DNA from: Epiperipatus broadwayi
Taxonomy: Eukaryota > Animalia > Onychophora
Length of the DNA: 64,000 bases
Reading direction: 5' to 3'
Assembly (NCBI GenBank): GCA_028023455.1
Contig: JAQFVV010000004.1
Span: forward strand, 18,166,001-18,230,000
In this document: piece after piece, positions 49,000 through 62,800 of the stretch
Layout: the number at the start of each line of letters is the position of its first letter
Numbering within the stretch: position 1 is the stretch's first letter
The notes under the pieces: generated by a model
What the model was told of the DNA's origin: nothing
Seen by the model: only the letters and a program-made list of their open reading frames with translations
The model's database searches: none
Made by a program: the position numbers and the translations under genes

Positions 49000-51330
49000 T
49001 AAATGGGAAAACTGTTTTTTAAAAAAGAAGTTGTCTAAAATAGATAAGTATAGAGAGAGAATAAAATTAAATAGTAAATTATTGGAGGATATAAATAAAA
49101 GTGGAAGAGATGGGAGTAAAAAAAAAAATGGAAATATATTAAAAGAAGGAATGTAGGGTAGAGAGAAATAACATTACTAAATGATAGGGAAAAAGAGTTT
49201 AGCTCTAGAAAATAATTAGAGACAATTTTAAATAAGTATGTAATAGATATAGAGAAGAATTTAGATATGAAGGACAGAGTGATAACAAACATAAAAGCAC
49301 ATAGTAATGGAAACATTAATTTTACAAAAAATAAATTAAATGAGGCAGCAAAGAAATTGAAAAGTGGAATAACAAGACGTTTAGATGGTTGGGAAACAGA
49401 GATGGTGATGAATTTGGTAAATATGCAAAGTTAAATCTATTATCATGTTTTAATAAAATGGCACAGAAGACAGAATTTCCAGATAGTTGGAATAATACAA
49501 AAGTAAGACTATTATTTAAAGGAAAGGGTAAGGACCATAGAAAGATATGGTGGTAACTTCAGTGTTATATAAAGTTTTTGCATATAAATTGGCTGAAAAA
49601 GTGGCAAAATGGATGGAAAAAAATAATATAGAGGGAGAAATGCAAGAAGATTTTAGAATAGATAGGCATATAGGAGATACTTTATTTGTAATCACACAGC
49701 TTATATATATATGAGTAGGAATATAGGTAGACAGTTATATATATTATTTATAGATATAGAGAATGCATATGATAGAGTAAATAGAAATAGGCTGTGGGTA
49801 ATTTTAATAAATTTGGAAATGAATGGAGCTTTAGTAAATCTTATTAAGAGATTATATGTAAATAATTATTAAACATATCAATTAGGAATCAATTAGAAAT
49901 AAAAATGGGCTGGGACTAAGACAAGGATGCCTTATTTTGTTTTTGTTTTATTTCACAGAAATGGGGAGAGCAATAGAAAGACTAGGAAGAGAGGTAGAGA
50001 TAGCATTAATAGATGGAAAGCAGTGTACACATTATCAGGTCTTTTATTTGTTGATGATATCTTCTTGTACACAGAAAGTAAGGAAGATATGGAAGTTATG
50101 CTGAGGACATGTGCAAGGATGGATAAAGTGATGGGGTATTAAATTTAGTGAAGAAAAAACAAAAGTAACCATGATAAATGCTGGGGAAAGAGAAGAGAAA
50201 GAATTTTTATTGGGAGATATAAAATTAAATGTAGTAAATAGGTATAAATATTTGGGAATTGTCTTAAGTAATCAGAGAAATTGCTTGGATGAATCAGAGA
50301 AAAAATTGATAAATGAAGCAAAGAAAAGAAAGAAGCTGATAAAAAAAATTAATAATGTTTTCATATAATAAATATGATGTAGCAAGAATTGTATGGAATG
50401 GATTGCAGTAGCATGGTTAACTTATGGTAACAATGTGTTATGTGATAGTAAAAGGGTGTTAGATTACTTAGAAAATGTACAAAAAGAAGTAGTAAGACAT
50501 GCCTTAGATGCAGCTGTGTGGATAGCAAATGAGGCAATTCAAGAAGAAATAGGGTAGTCACGTTTTTATGTGAGAGATGCAAAAAGCAAAATAAAAATAT
50601 TTAGTAGATTGCAATTTATGGATAATAGGAGAATAGCCAAATAATATTTAATTGAGTTATGAGTAAAGGACAAGCATCAAGGTGGATGAGAGAGATAATA
50701 CAGTATGAAGAAAATTCGGATGATGACTTTATATCAATATATTTGTACAAAAGGTGGAATGATTGTGTTAGGAGAAAGAATTGTTGAGGGTTATAGTGGC
50801 AAAGAATGGGATAGAAGAATAGATACATTATTAAAAATAGGAAGAATAAAAATATGAAGAATAAAAAGAGATTAAATATATATAAAAGTAAATAGAATAT
50901 TGGGTGGGAGTTGATTTACGATAATAGTAAGGAAAGAAGTTTACTATTTAAGGTTCGTACATGATCATTAGCAACAAGGAAACTATACGCATAAATGTAG
51001 AAATGTGGGTGATTTAGTCTGCAAGTTATGTAAAGAAGGCATGGAAAATATTAGGCATCTGCTAATTAAATGTAAATGATAACAAGCAGAAAGGGTACAA
51101 ATAATGAAGTTATAGAATAAATATAAACAGCGTTATACAGAAAATGGGTTCTCGATTTTTATGCTGGGTTTGGAAAAAGGTGAGGGGAGTCTAGATATAA
51201 AGGCCATAGATTAGACAAAGATGACATTGTTGAAATGGGATGGAGCAGGATAGAGAAGAATATGGGGAAAAGTTAGGGTGGGGGTGGAAAGAGAAGGGAA
51301 GGTGGCTAACAGGTGTCTCTGGACATAGTG
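49000..51330 (+). mobile_element. Decayed LINE (RT plus C-terminal CCHC zinc finger)
   Basis: Broken frames give FPDSWNNTKVRLLFKGKG, LFIDIENAYDRV, GLRQGC, GLLFVDDIFL, YKYLGIVLS and CKLCKEGMENIRHLLIKC (~51020-51075). Confidence 0.85.
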
Positions 51331-52014
51331 TCTGAGAGATTCCTTGCTTCAATAAAGGAGAAGCCATAGTTCACCGCATCTGCTAAAAATAGTAGAAAGT
51401 TTTTAATAGTTAAACTAGATAAAGGAACAATCCAAGTTATAAGAAAAATTCAACATAACAAATCTATAGACAAATATTATATATATGAATAAATTAAAAA
51501 GATACTTAATAAAGTATATATACAATATGTAATTATTTTAGCACTGTAATAACGCTACAAATAAATAATATGTAACTTTATATAGAAATATTTTTGATTA
51601 CTTAGATCTCAGAGTATTTCTATAAAAAGTTATTTATTATTATTTATAAGTTATTTATTTTATCAGCGCATCTAAACTTCCCATTACATTACTCTTGGGC
51701 AATTTAGGGACAAAAATCTATCCAGTTTTAAAACCTTGTGGAGAGGTGTACGATTATAGCATATAATATGTATTGTAAGTTTTTGTTTTTATCAGTGCAC
51801 CCCTTCCTCTTTAGCTCAATTCTGTCACAACTATCTAAGTCAGACCAATCTTCCACACTGTAGTTTCATATAGAACATATACTTTTCAAGTAAGCCATAT
51901 AGCACATATTATAGTTTAATTTTATGTACACATTATATTTAGAGATACCTAAATTTAACTTCATAAATATATAAATAGATTTTAAACTTCTTTTCAAAAC
52001 ACACAATCCAAGTC

Positions 52015-52085
52015 ATGTGAAAAAGATAAATGATACCCAAGATGGGTATTTCATGATGAATCAACACTCATTAATTGATCCAGAT
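52015..52085 (-). mobile_element. Highly diverged family B fragment
   Basis: aaaagataaatgatacccaagatgggtatttcatgatgaatcaacactcattaattgatccag resembles the family B hammerhead region. Confidence 0.4.
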
Positions 52086-52455
52086 GTTGAACTCACACCT
52101 TTAGATTCTCAAATATCGAATTTAAGGCAAATGCTCTAAACAACTAAGCTATCCTGTAAAAAGCAACAATATTTTGAGTGGTATTCTTCTCCACTCTTCT
52201 TCAGGTGTTGCTGGCTTGACCAATGACAATATTTGCATAGGAGTCCAGATTTTAAAATATAGAATTTTAAGGCAATGCTCTTAATCAACTGAGCTATTAT
52301 TTCAAATGGTTAAAGCATTGCCTTAAGATTCAATATTCAAGAATCTAAAGATGTAAGTTCGACTCCTATGCTAATATTGTCACTGGTCAGGCCAGCAACA
52401 CCTGAAGAAGAATGGAAAATAATACTACTTTAAACATTGTGTAAATACTATTTGT
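52085..52455. mobile_element. Family C SINE cluster including a head-to-head pair
   Basis: Minus copy cttcaggtgttgctggcttgacc...caactgagct. Plus copy ...gttcgactcctatgcta...ggtcaggccagcaacacctgaagaag. Confidence 0.7.
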
Positions 52456-52689
52456 GTGTTATTACTAATAAGTTGTTTGTATATGAAAAGTTTAAATAAA
52501 GACCAAAGTTTTCTAGACATTCAACATTTAGTGATAGATGATGAAAATAGTCCAACATATTATCTCATCAAAACTAAAAACTTATTATTATTTATATACA
52601 TTGAAATAATTATATATATAAATCTGAAGAAGTACTTTCTGTTAATTCTTTAACCCTCCTCAACTGCCTAAACTAAATTCAAAAAACAT

Positions 52690-52962
52690 AATGAAAGCAG
52701 TATTGAGAAAAGATTAAAGGAGCATGAATTGTTAAGCATGTGAAAAGTAAAAAATAATAATGATTTAATGACTGCTTATTTTCTTGGATCATAAAAGAAG
52801 AAATATAAATTTAAGTTTGAACTTGACAGCATTAAGATTCTTCATGAAGAGAGAAACCATAATAAAAGAAAAATTAAGGAGACAATTTTAATAAATAGAA
52901 ATAAAAAGAATATACAAGCTGCTAACGTTAATAAAATTCAGGATTCATGGAATCTGAATTGA
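52690..52962 (+). mobile_element. Penelope-like GIY-YIG endonuclease C-terminal remnant
   Basis: SIEKRLKEH ... FKFELDSIKILHEERNHNKRKIKETILINRNKKNI...KIQDSW matches the PLE endonuclease tail pattern (KRL.EH ... F.F....IL..E....KR..KE.I.I). Confidence 0.65.
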
Positions 52963-53754
52963 TGATGTTTGAAATTAACCAAAAGTATTTCTGCTGCTTG
53001 AAAAACTGTATATAATAGTTAATTACCATTATATTTGCTATTTTTATTATTATTACAATAGATTTTAATTAATGGACATTTTGTTTGTATTATAGAGAGA
53101 GATAGAAAGACAGAGTTTCATAGTCTTGGAATTTTGTTCTGTAATTGAGGATTTCCAAACAAGTTTTTTTTACAGATAGTTGTCCAAAACCTAGTTAGCC
53201 ATACAAATCTTGGTTAGAAAATGGGCATCTAGTAACGTTTTTCCTTTCATTGTTTCTTTTCGGAAAAATGCTGGAGTAGCTATTGCACGAAGTAGGTTAT
53301 TTAAGGTATTTCATTTATCTATATAGAAATATTAAAAATGAACTGGCAAATTATTGATTGTATTAAAAAGACATGAAATTGAGTGCTTATCTGCAATCGA
53401 TATCTATTTCTATATTCTATCATTAATTATAAAACATTTCTTCACCATTTATTTTCAGTTAGGCCATTCACCATAATTTTTTTATATTATGAACTAATAG
53501 GCTAAATCATTGTTTTATTTATATGTTAGGGAGTTATTTGACATTTTTTGCCCTTCTCTTAACCAATTCTATTATCTCAATATTTAAAATTTTATTGTAA
53601 ACTTGGATAAGCCCTTCTTCCTGCTTATAAAATCTTTATAATAAGGTATTACTATTTTTTAATTTTAACAATCTCATTTCACCGTTGTTGGTTATTCTAA
53701 CATTTTTTCAGTATCATACCAAATTTTGATTACTATCATCATTATATCTTATAC

Positions 53755-53864
53755 ATTTTTTTTTAAAGTCTCATAGCATCGGCCGGGACGCGAACCCGCA
53801 ACCCGGGCAACTGCCTGCAAGTGCAAGGCAGTCGCGCTGATCTCTCGACCACCAATGCAAGACA
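53755..53864 (-). mobile_element. tRNA-derived short SINE, copy 4 (full length)
   Basis: TSD ATATCTTATAC (53744-53754 and 53865-53875). Only about 4 differences from copy 1 over ~90 nt. Confidence 0.9.
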
Positions 53865-55249
53865 ATATCTTATACTTTATATATTCTTAAAATATATACA
53901 GCCTTATTTAATAATATTGAAGCATACAAATCCTGATTTAATTTGATTCAGAAAACATATTTTAAAAAAAGTTCCAGTTTTAAATTACCTTCTCGGAACT
54001 TGTACAGGTAATTATTAATTATTTTATTTTTTAAAAAGAGGGGATTTTTCTCTCATTATTTAATATCATATAAATTAAATATTTAAAATGTATCTTAAAT
54101 CGTGGGTGGGTTTAATAATAAATTTCCTCTCTCCCTGCTTTGCGTAGTATGTACTTGGAAAATATATTGTTTTTAGGTTTAGAAACAAAATAACGCTTTA
54201 GTGTTGTGTATACCGGGATATTCAAATAAAGCATTTAATCTTTATTTGATTGCAAGTTACCTATAAAAACAATTTGAATAAATCTTGTAATTTTTATTCA
54301 TGTCTAGTCTCGATGATGTCAGTTTCGTATAATATAAAAACTAGGTGAAAAATTAAGATACCCTTGAAAACGAATTGAGTAATATTTTGCTACTTTACGC
54401 AGAGTCATGACCTTACTTTAAACGAGTTAATTATATATCTGACTTTTTTTTGTAACGTATATGTGTGGGCACATGAATGAAATAAAAAATTATATTCAAG
54501 ATTTGTAAATTTGTTAAATGCTTTTATCTATTGAAAATCTATTCTTCTAAAGATTAAAGGAAGTCATACAAGAGGAATACATTTTGTATCTCTTGTCTTT
54601 AAGATAAACTTTATAACATAAATGGAATATATGGCTGCCATAAAAATCATTCTCAAGTTCATCAGTAAATATATTTTTAAGAAGACTATACTCTGTTCCT
54701 CTTCTTACGATTATAGATTCAATATCATCACATTTACCAATGTATTTTAAGAATATTGTGTAGCATTCTTAAATGTAATATTTCAAATACCTTTATACTA
54801 CATCAATAGTAAATCATGCATGTATCTTTTCCATGCAATAAATTTAGCAGAATAATTATAATATGTAACTGGTTTAAATGGCTATTTCATTCTGATGAAA
54901 TACTGCTTTGTTTTTACTTGTAATTATATTTTTGACTATTTTGTGAATTACAAAAATTCACTTTTCATTTACACTTTTTTTAATGAATTCAACTGTCCAT
55001 TATAACACGTGATTACAACAGAAAATAACATTTTGAGTGATATTACTTCCATTTTTTCTTCAGAAACTGCTGACTTGACCAGTGGTAACATATGAATTAT
55101 GCTGGTTTACTTATAGGTCAATTAACATTGAATTTAAGGTGATGTTTTAACCAATTCGGCTATTCTGTCAAAGACAATAATCAGTAGAAATTGTATATAT
55201 TTATTTATGAGAATTCTCATGATTTCTCCATTTGTTTTTTCTTTTTAGG

Positions 55250-56400
55250 AACAAGGTTTCTAAAACATTATAGATTATCATATTGCATTCATTTGTGACT
55301 TTACTTGTCATAGCCAGTACTAGAGGTTTTTTATCTTACATTTCCATCTCTGCTCAATATTCTTGGCTTTTTCAATAAAAATATATTCATAAGTATATGC
55401 ATAGCTAGTTAATTTAAATGCAACTTTTTCTCTCTAATCATTGTTTTATATTCTTTTATCATTATTTGATGGAGCAACTTGGAGCGATTAATTTTATTTA
55501 TGGTATTTTTTATTTTTGTTGAGGTTAGAATTTCTTGCAGTATGCTGTGGCTTTAGAAAACCTTCTGATATTATATTCATTACAGACTTTCTTCTTTTGA
55601 GGTTTCTACTTATTGTCTATTTAAGATTTTCTTAATGGTAGCTAGCTGATGGACAAAATCATTTTTCATGAGACTTTATTCTATGTTGGGTTTTCTTTTA
55701 CCAAGTCACTGGTTTCTAAATAATTTTTTTTTTTTGCTTTTTTCTATAAAAAAGTATAACATTATTTTTGTATTTTTATCAAGATGGATGTATATGCTAA
55801 GGGTGCGTGGATTTTATATAAACAGCAGATTATATGTTATTGGTGTGTGTTTTAAATGTCATTATAATGCTTCATAATGTTGATGAAGATGGAGGGTATT
55901 TATGGTTTGTTTTCATTCTGTTCCACATAGCTACTGCTAAATAAAGATAACTGTGATAAACTTCATTCCATATCTTGATTTTGTTGGAAGAATTCTGTGT
56001 GGTAGTAAAAATATGTGGTTGTTGTGCAGAATATCAACAATATGTTTTCTACTATCAATAGTAAGAATAGTTCTAGTTTTTAGATTATCATTTTTCTTTT
56101 AACTTTTTTTATAATATATAATGCTTCTTCCATCACTTGGCATATTTGTGAATAAAATTTTCATTTCAAAATTTACTAAGTCATCAGTGCTTTCTAATTT
56201 TATATTATTGATTAATTCTATTCTATACTTAGATTTAAAAATGAAATACTGTATTATACTTTATATCCAAAGAATTAAATATCTTGAGAAGAAATCTTAA
56301 ATTTGTCACCACTGTGAAGTTTTAGAATTAATAAAAGGTCTTAATGGAACATAGTCATTATGGATTTTACAAAGATGACAAAGAAGTGGAATATTTAAAA
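55250..56400 (-). mobile_element. Decayed Penelope-like RT remnant
   Basis: Minus strand gives PLLCHLCKIHNDYVPLRPFINS (~P.LYGLPKIHK..PLRPIVS), NNIKLESTDDLVNFEMKILFTNMP (~SFDV.SLFTNVP) and SAVYIKSTH (~VYRKPTH). Confidence 0.7.
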
Positions 56401-56724
56401 TTTAATCCTTAAATATGTCAAAGACTAATATATATATATATAATTCATTATATATACATAGTAGAATAACCAGCAACATTTTTAGTATGGAATAATGTAA
56501 ATCTCCTACCACCATCTTTAGTAATTTTAAATAATTATCTCATATAACATAATCATACAAACACTTTTAGCAATCAAAAATGTCCATACTTATGTTAATA
56601 AAAATTCAAAGAGCAGTCAGAAATGGCATTATTGTTACTTTCTAAAGTTGGTTGGATGATAAAATGGTGCAAGTTAATTGATCAAATTTAATAGAGGTAG
56701 TTCTAGGAGATTCATATTGACTAA

Positions 56725-56771
56725 TATATATATATATATATATATATATTATCAATATATAAATATATATC

Positions 56772-56815
<44 letters not shown>
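56725..56815. repeat. (TA)n microsatellite, interrupted
   Basis: Directly visible. Confidence 0.95.
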
Positions 56816-56816
<1 letters not shown>

Positions 56817-56899
56817 ATACTTTATGGATTCATCTGTGTATAATTTTGATGATGAATAAACTAACATTTTTTGATTACACAAGTCATCAACTGAGTGAT

Positions 56900-57276
56900 G
56901 AATAGAATATTATAAAAGATGGTTGTAGAAGCACTTTAAACCCTCGTTTATAATAAGTTTCATCAATAGAAAAAACTTCTAATAATAAAACTTCTTACAT
57001 AGATATGAGCAATCATCAAATCAGTATTAGAAGAGATAAACATGATAATGCAGTTAAGTAACACTCATCATCATCACCACTCTCCATACTATGGATTCAG
57101 GTTACAATATTGATTTTTTTAACACCAGGATCCCATCCAGATGTGACACTATCTATCATTGTGAGATCAGAGAAATCATTGAGATACTAAAAAGATCAAA
57201 TTGTATCAATAAACATGATGCTATATGCAAACTTCCTCTTATTTGGAAGAGTTTTTTTAAAAACATATTACTGTAA
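56900..57276 (+). mobile_element. Penelope-like GIY-YIG endonuclease remnant
   Basis: YIDMSNHQISIRRDKH (~YIG.T.R.L..R..EH), followed by DSGYNIDFFNTRI...EIREIIEILKRSNCINKHDAICKLPLIWK. Confidence 0.7.
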
Positions 57277-59152
57277 ACATTTTCTGGCTTTTTTTCTTCA
57301 AATTATATATATATATGTATGTGTGTGTGTGTGTTTCTATTGGTGGAACTTTAACATTGTTATAAACCAGTGTTTACAGCACCTCTACAATTATCTTTAT
57401 ATTTTATTTATCACTCAGTTGATGGCTTGTGTAGTCATGCTGAAACATTTGTATATTCATTATCAAAATCATACATGGACGAACCTGCAAAATATATTTA
57501 AAATTTTGACATGAGAAAATCTTTATATCAACATATATATGTGTGTGAATAGTGTATATATATATATGTGCTCATTGTACACATAGTCTTAAAAGAAAAA
57601 TAGCTCTTGGAATGTGTATTTCTTATATAAGAGGTACTGAAGACAGTATTGAATGTACATTGAAATGTTATAACATATGAATAACATATATCACTAATCA
57701 AACAATAATATTCTTTCCAAATCTATGAACTCAATATCTTTTGAGATCCAAAATGTTTATGAAAACTCATGTAGATTTTGTGGATCCTCTTATGTAGATA
57801 TTAATAATTATTGCAACTATGCTAGGAGAGATGAACATGCTAATACAATGAAGCAGAAACAGTAGTATCATGCACACTCCATGTTATGAATACTGGTTAT
57901 AAAATATATTTTTCACATACTATTCTATTTAGAAGTGACACTCTGCACCAAAGAAAAATAAGATAAGTTATTGAGATCTTTAATAAACCAGTCTTATGAA
58001 CAAATGTAGCAAAACATGTAAATTATTATCTATTTGGATAAATATCTTAAAGCTCTTTAATCAGTATATTAGTTGGTTTTATATCAATTTTCTTAACTAC
58101 TCTCAATCTCTCCCATTTTCATATTTTAAAATTTTCTGTTCTTGTTTTTTATCGGTTGAATCTTTAATTTTGTAGTAAATATTGTTTGCTTGAAATACCT
58201 CTATAACGATTTTTTTTTACAGTAGCTATGTAAGATGCAATCCAGTTGAAATATCAGTGCATTGGTATTATTAATTATTCATGGATGAAATGGAATAATA
58301 TATTTTATATATATATATAATCATCATCAATCTTTCTTAAATGTGTATAGGTATACTAATTACAGAAGAAAAAAAGATATAAAGAAAATAAAAACAATTA
58401 AAGGCGAATTTAATGTTCACTATTCAAACCAATTTGTAGAACACCAACACTTTTCATGTATTATGTATTTATTTGTATGATTTGATATTGTGGGGGTTTT
58501 TTAAAAACTTTTTTTGCAGAAAACTGATTTTTTAAAGACTTTAAGTCCTGTCTAAGTTTAGTTTGTTATTGCATTCTTTGCTATATTTCTTCTAATTGAA
58601 AGCAATCGCACCTTTCTGTAATGTAATCATGATTCATTTCTTTAACCAAAAGTGTGACAAATTTTCCATGAAATAGTTTTTTTAATATATATATATTACA
58701 ATCAACATGTGCTATTACAATAGCAAGCCTAATATCCTCACCATCAGAGATCAAAAAAATGTGTCATGTATTTCCAAAATGTTAGGGATAACCCTTAAAT
58801 AAAAATTTCCCTAAATACAGAATATAGGATATGATTACGAAAAGGAAAACAAAATATAAACAGTATTTTGCAGGACAGTGATCTCTGTAGGATTCTTTCA
58901 CATAGGTATAGTAAAAGATATTATCTGATTTTATAATTGCCTGTAGATAATAAATTGTATAGTTTTTCTTTCTTTTTTTAAATCATCTAACTAAAAATAG
59001 ATACTTATCAATTAACCGCTAATAATTAGATTACTAGTAAATTGATTATATAAATATATTAAACCAAGTTCATCAAACAATTCACGAGTAAATCACTAGC
59101 TAAAATTAAATTAAAAATTCGTTATCAACGCTTTCCCTGGAAAGCCAAATTT

Positions 59153-59252
59153 TTTCCCCATGTGTCATAGCATCAGCCGGGAAGCGAACCCGCTAACTCG
59201 ATACAACTGCTTGTAAACAGCCGTCGCTGACCTCTCGACCACCAATGCTTGA
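59153..59252 (-). mobile_element. tRNA-derived short SINE, copy 5
   Basis: TSD CTGGAAAGCCA(A/G)ATTT (59137-59152 and 59253-59268). Confidence 0.85.
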
Positions 59253-59299
59253 CTGGAAAGCCAGATTTCTCAATTGCAAAATAATATAACACAAAACAA

Positions 59300-59892
59300 A
59301 TGTATGCTGATTTAGCATGAAATACATTTATTGGTAGTTATTTATCTTTTCGACATATATGTGTTCAAGTGTATCAGTGTTATGAGATAGAATGGAGAGT
59401 GGTGAGAAGGGTGAAAGTCTGTGCTCATATAAAAAAAAAGTAATATACTCTATATATTACATATATTGATATAGTCATATAATATGCCTGTATTTCAGTT
59501 ATTATATAGTAGAGATGTCTGCCCATCCCTTGTATATGTATTAAATGGATTATATCCTGTACGTGAGGGGTCAGACTGACTTTAGGTCAACATGGGTGTG
59601 ATGAGAATTTTGGCATCAGATTTTCAATTGGATGGATGGTTGAAGAGTTGGAGTGTGGAATGGATTGAAGCCTGTCCATTAAAGTTCGAAGTTTGGCTAT
59701 CTTAATATATATCTGAACACTTATTGCATATATGTGTGGAGATAATAATCTGGACCAACTGATGATTGCTGGTTTAGCATGAAATACGAATATTGGTGAT
59801 TATTTATCTTTTCGACATATATGGGTTCAAGTATATCAGTGTTATGAGATAGAGTGAGAATGGTGGGAAGTGTGAAAGTCTGTGCTCATATA
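59300..59892 (+). mobile_element. Family B element, partial tandem (truncated copy followed by long copy)
   Basis: 59300-59430 repeats 59766-59892 in direct orientation. The long copy starts ~59563. Confidence 0.8.
59745..59803 (+). ncRNA. Type I hammerhead motif (family B) with bulged extended stem I
   Basis: ATAATC TGG ACCAA CTGATGA TTGCT-GGTTT-AGCAT GAAA T-ACGA-A TA / TTGGT GATTAT. AUA triplet; U.U at the base of stem II. Confidence 0.7.
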
Positions 59893-62800
59893 TCCTATAT
59901 ATATAATTCTAACTTCTAGTTTTATGTAGTGAATTTGTAATTTAATTTTGGCCGATGATTTAATTGCGAATTATTATATTTACAAGTTTAGCTTTTAGCG
60001 TTTAAGATTATATATATAAATGAAGTATTTGTATTTTCAGCTTTTAAATATACAATTGTAATACAAATCGTAGAGATATCTGACTGCTTTTAAAACAATG
60101 AGACAAAAATTATTATATAATAGACATAATTAATAATACATATATAATAAACATATTTTGCATTTCGATATTTTGTAATTATGAGATTATTAACTTTATA
60201 ATGAATATTGTTATCCTTATTGGATAAAAAGTAACCACACTAATATTAAGATCAGGCCCAATTTGGTTACTCCAAAAAGCAATAAAACTCTTTAAATTTC
60301 GGAAATTGCGGTTTAATGCATCACTTATTAGAGAGGAGAGTTGCTGTGTAATAAAATGAATTTGTTTGTAAAGACTTGTAAATTTCTTTCATGATAAATT
60401 TGAAATTTAAATCAATTTAAGTAACAAAAAATCACATGATTATTTATTCTATTGTATTATCAAACTTATAGAATTAACTTTTTTATGTATATGAATTATC
60501 TTATTATACGTTAAATTTTTCTATTTTATTAATTAATCTAATGATAAAATTAAATTTCTCTGAATACTCTTGCTATTGTGGAGTTGTTAACTTTGATTTT
60601 CTTTTCTCTTCTTGTCTTCTGCTCATGTTTTGTTCTCAAATTTGCTCATAATATTTCTATTTAAAAATACGGAATCATGGGGAGTTATTATTCCACTCTA
60701 TTTATTTTATCACCTTAACATTTCACCCACCTGTTGTCTGTTGTCAGTTGCACCTGCTCTTAGCCCTGCAATCTCTCTACATTCCTATGGGGGGAGGAAA
60801 GAAGCAAAAATAAAAAAATCTCCATAAATACGTTTAAAACAAAACAAAAAAAGAAGCACCATACTTTTAGTCAAAAAACTACTTCATCCACCTGTCCCTT
60901 CTAATGAAATCAGTTCTAAATCTGATAATTAATAAATGAGACGTCAGAACTAGCAATACGCTAATTCATCATAAGGTTTTTTAAAAAAAGTTTAAAAAAT
61001 ATCAGAATATTTTGTCTATTGCTATGGGGGTAAACAAGCCAGTAATTAATCCCAGACAATGACATGCCGGAACCATCACGCTAACTTAAACAATAAATTT
61101 CACCAACTTTAATATATATATATAAAAAAAGTTTGGCATATTAATTAGTTAATGTAACAGGTTTAAAAGCCAACTTTTATTATTATGGTTTAATGAAAGT
61201 TTAACAATTTTTGTTGATCTAGATAAAGGATTGTTTTCAACTTGTTTTAAAAGAATATGTATATTCATTTAACATTTTAATAAATCATGTTATTAAAAAC
61301 TGTTTGCAAATTATATACATGTGTGTGGATGTATATTCAATTCACATATGTAATTGGCTCGAATATATATATGCTTAAATTTTCTCTACCCAAGAATAGG
61401 GCCATTAGTCTGGGCGTCAAGATGTATGTATGTTACCTTCTCTGCTCGAAAGTAGAGTTATGAGACAATGAAATACTATGATAAAACAATAACATTTGAT
61501 CGTCATCGGTGGTGGTTTCCATTTACTTGCTATCTTTTTATTAGAATTAAGTCGTACATTTTAATATTTAAAACTAAATCATAAGCTTTAAATGAGTTCT
61601 TTACGTTATTAAAAACTAATCAGATCTAATATCTCATATTTAACCTTACATGAGCTTAAATATTCATATCTAAAATATTGCCCTTAACATGAAATATAAA
61701 GAATTTTGTCGTAGAAAATTTAAATTATCTGACATTCTTTGCTTATAACAGGTCTCATGATATAGTTAATAATACATCCACCAGTCGTGCCCACTAACTG
61801 ATTTAAATCTACACTGAGTAAAATTTGATTTTCAAGCTCCAATCAGGCTAAGGGATTTTTTTTTCAAAGAACTGAAACATAATCAAGACAGCTAATCACC
61901 TGATATTAGTTGGCAAATGGGTATAAAGCTATTCTTAATTAGAGGTTAAAACAAAGATGTAAAAATGGTAAAACTTTTGCTATCCTGGATGCTATTTAAA
62001 CTTAACTAAATGAAGGTTTAGCAATCAAGATCTTAAAGTAAGATGTTGCAATTTATTATTAAAGTGGTCGCTTGATATGACTTGCCATTTCTTTATAAGT
62101 ATTATGAAATATGAATATTGAAGAATTGAAAATTTTCACAAATGCCAAAAATTAAAATATAGCTTTAAAGGAAAAAATGTGATCAATTTAAGATCTTCTC
62201 ACTTTCATTCCAAAGTGATTAAGATTGGCTTATATAAATGAATATAGATAAAAAGAATAAGAGGTCCATTTTTACCTTTTCAAAGACTATCTTGTGCTTC
62301 GGATTGAGAATATTTCACATGCTTAATAAACCAACTTTGAGTTGTTTATCTAATTAATATATAATATTAATCACTAGGAAACTGATATTTCCAATTACTA
62401 CAACTGCTTTTTTAAAATAAAACCATTAGCAACTGATTATAAAATAATTAAAATATATAACTATCCCAGATAAAGATATAGATTCTAATGAGATGTTCTT
62501 CTTTTTTTTTTTAAAAAAAGAAAGATAGTAGAATTTTTATTTATCTAGTTTATATGTAACTGCCTAATTGTAAGACCTTCATATGCATAAATTGTGCTAT
62601 CCCTTAATTGTCAAAATATTTAACTATTGATTATATATATTCATAGGAATCTGTTAATGTCTGAAATCTTCTAATTATACTTTTGCGTTTATCCTAGTAT
62701 TAAAGATACTTAAATCTCTGGTGAAAAAGAATTGTGGCCAGCCAAAACTAATATTCTCTATCACTATTTTTGAATAGTGATTATTTTCCATGCTATTCTT

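Noticed and set aside
51645-51805. Two acceptor-like sites as IRF exons
   Set aside because: They are a diverged ~27-bp direct repeat, and the phase-compatible frames hit stops.
53755-53864. Functional tRNA genes at the five tRNA-like loci
   Set aside because: TSDs, A-rich tails, a TTCGC T loop, variable anticodon loops and a mixed Gly/Ala/Val identity indicate retroposed copies.
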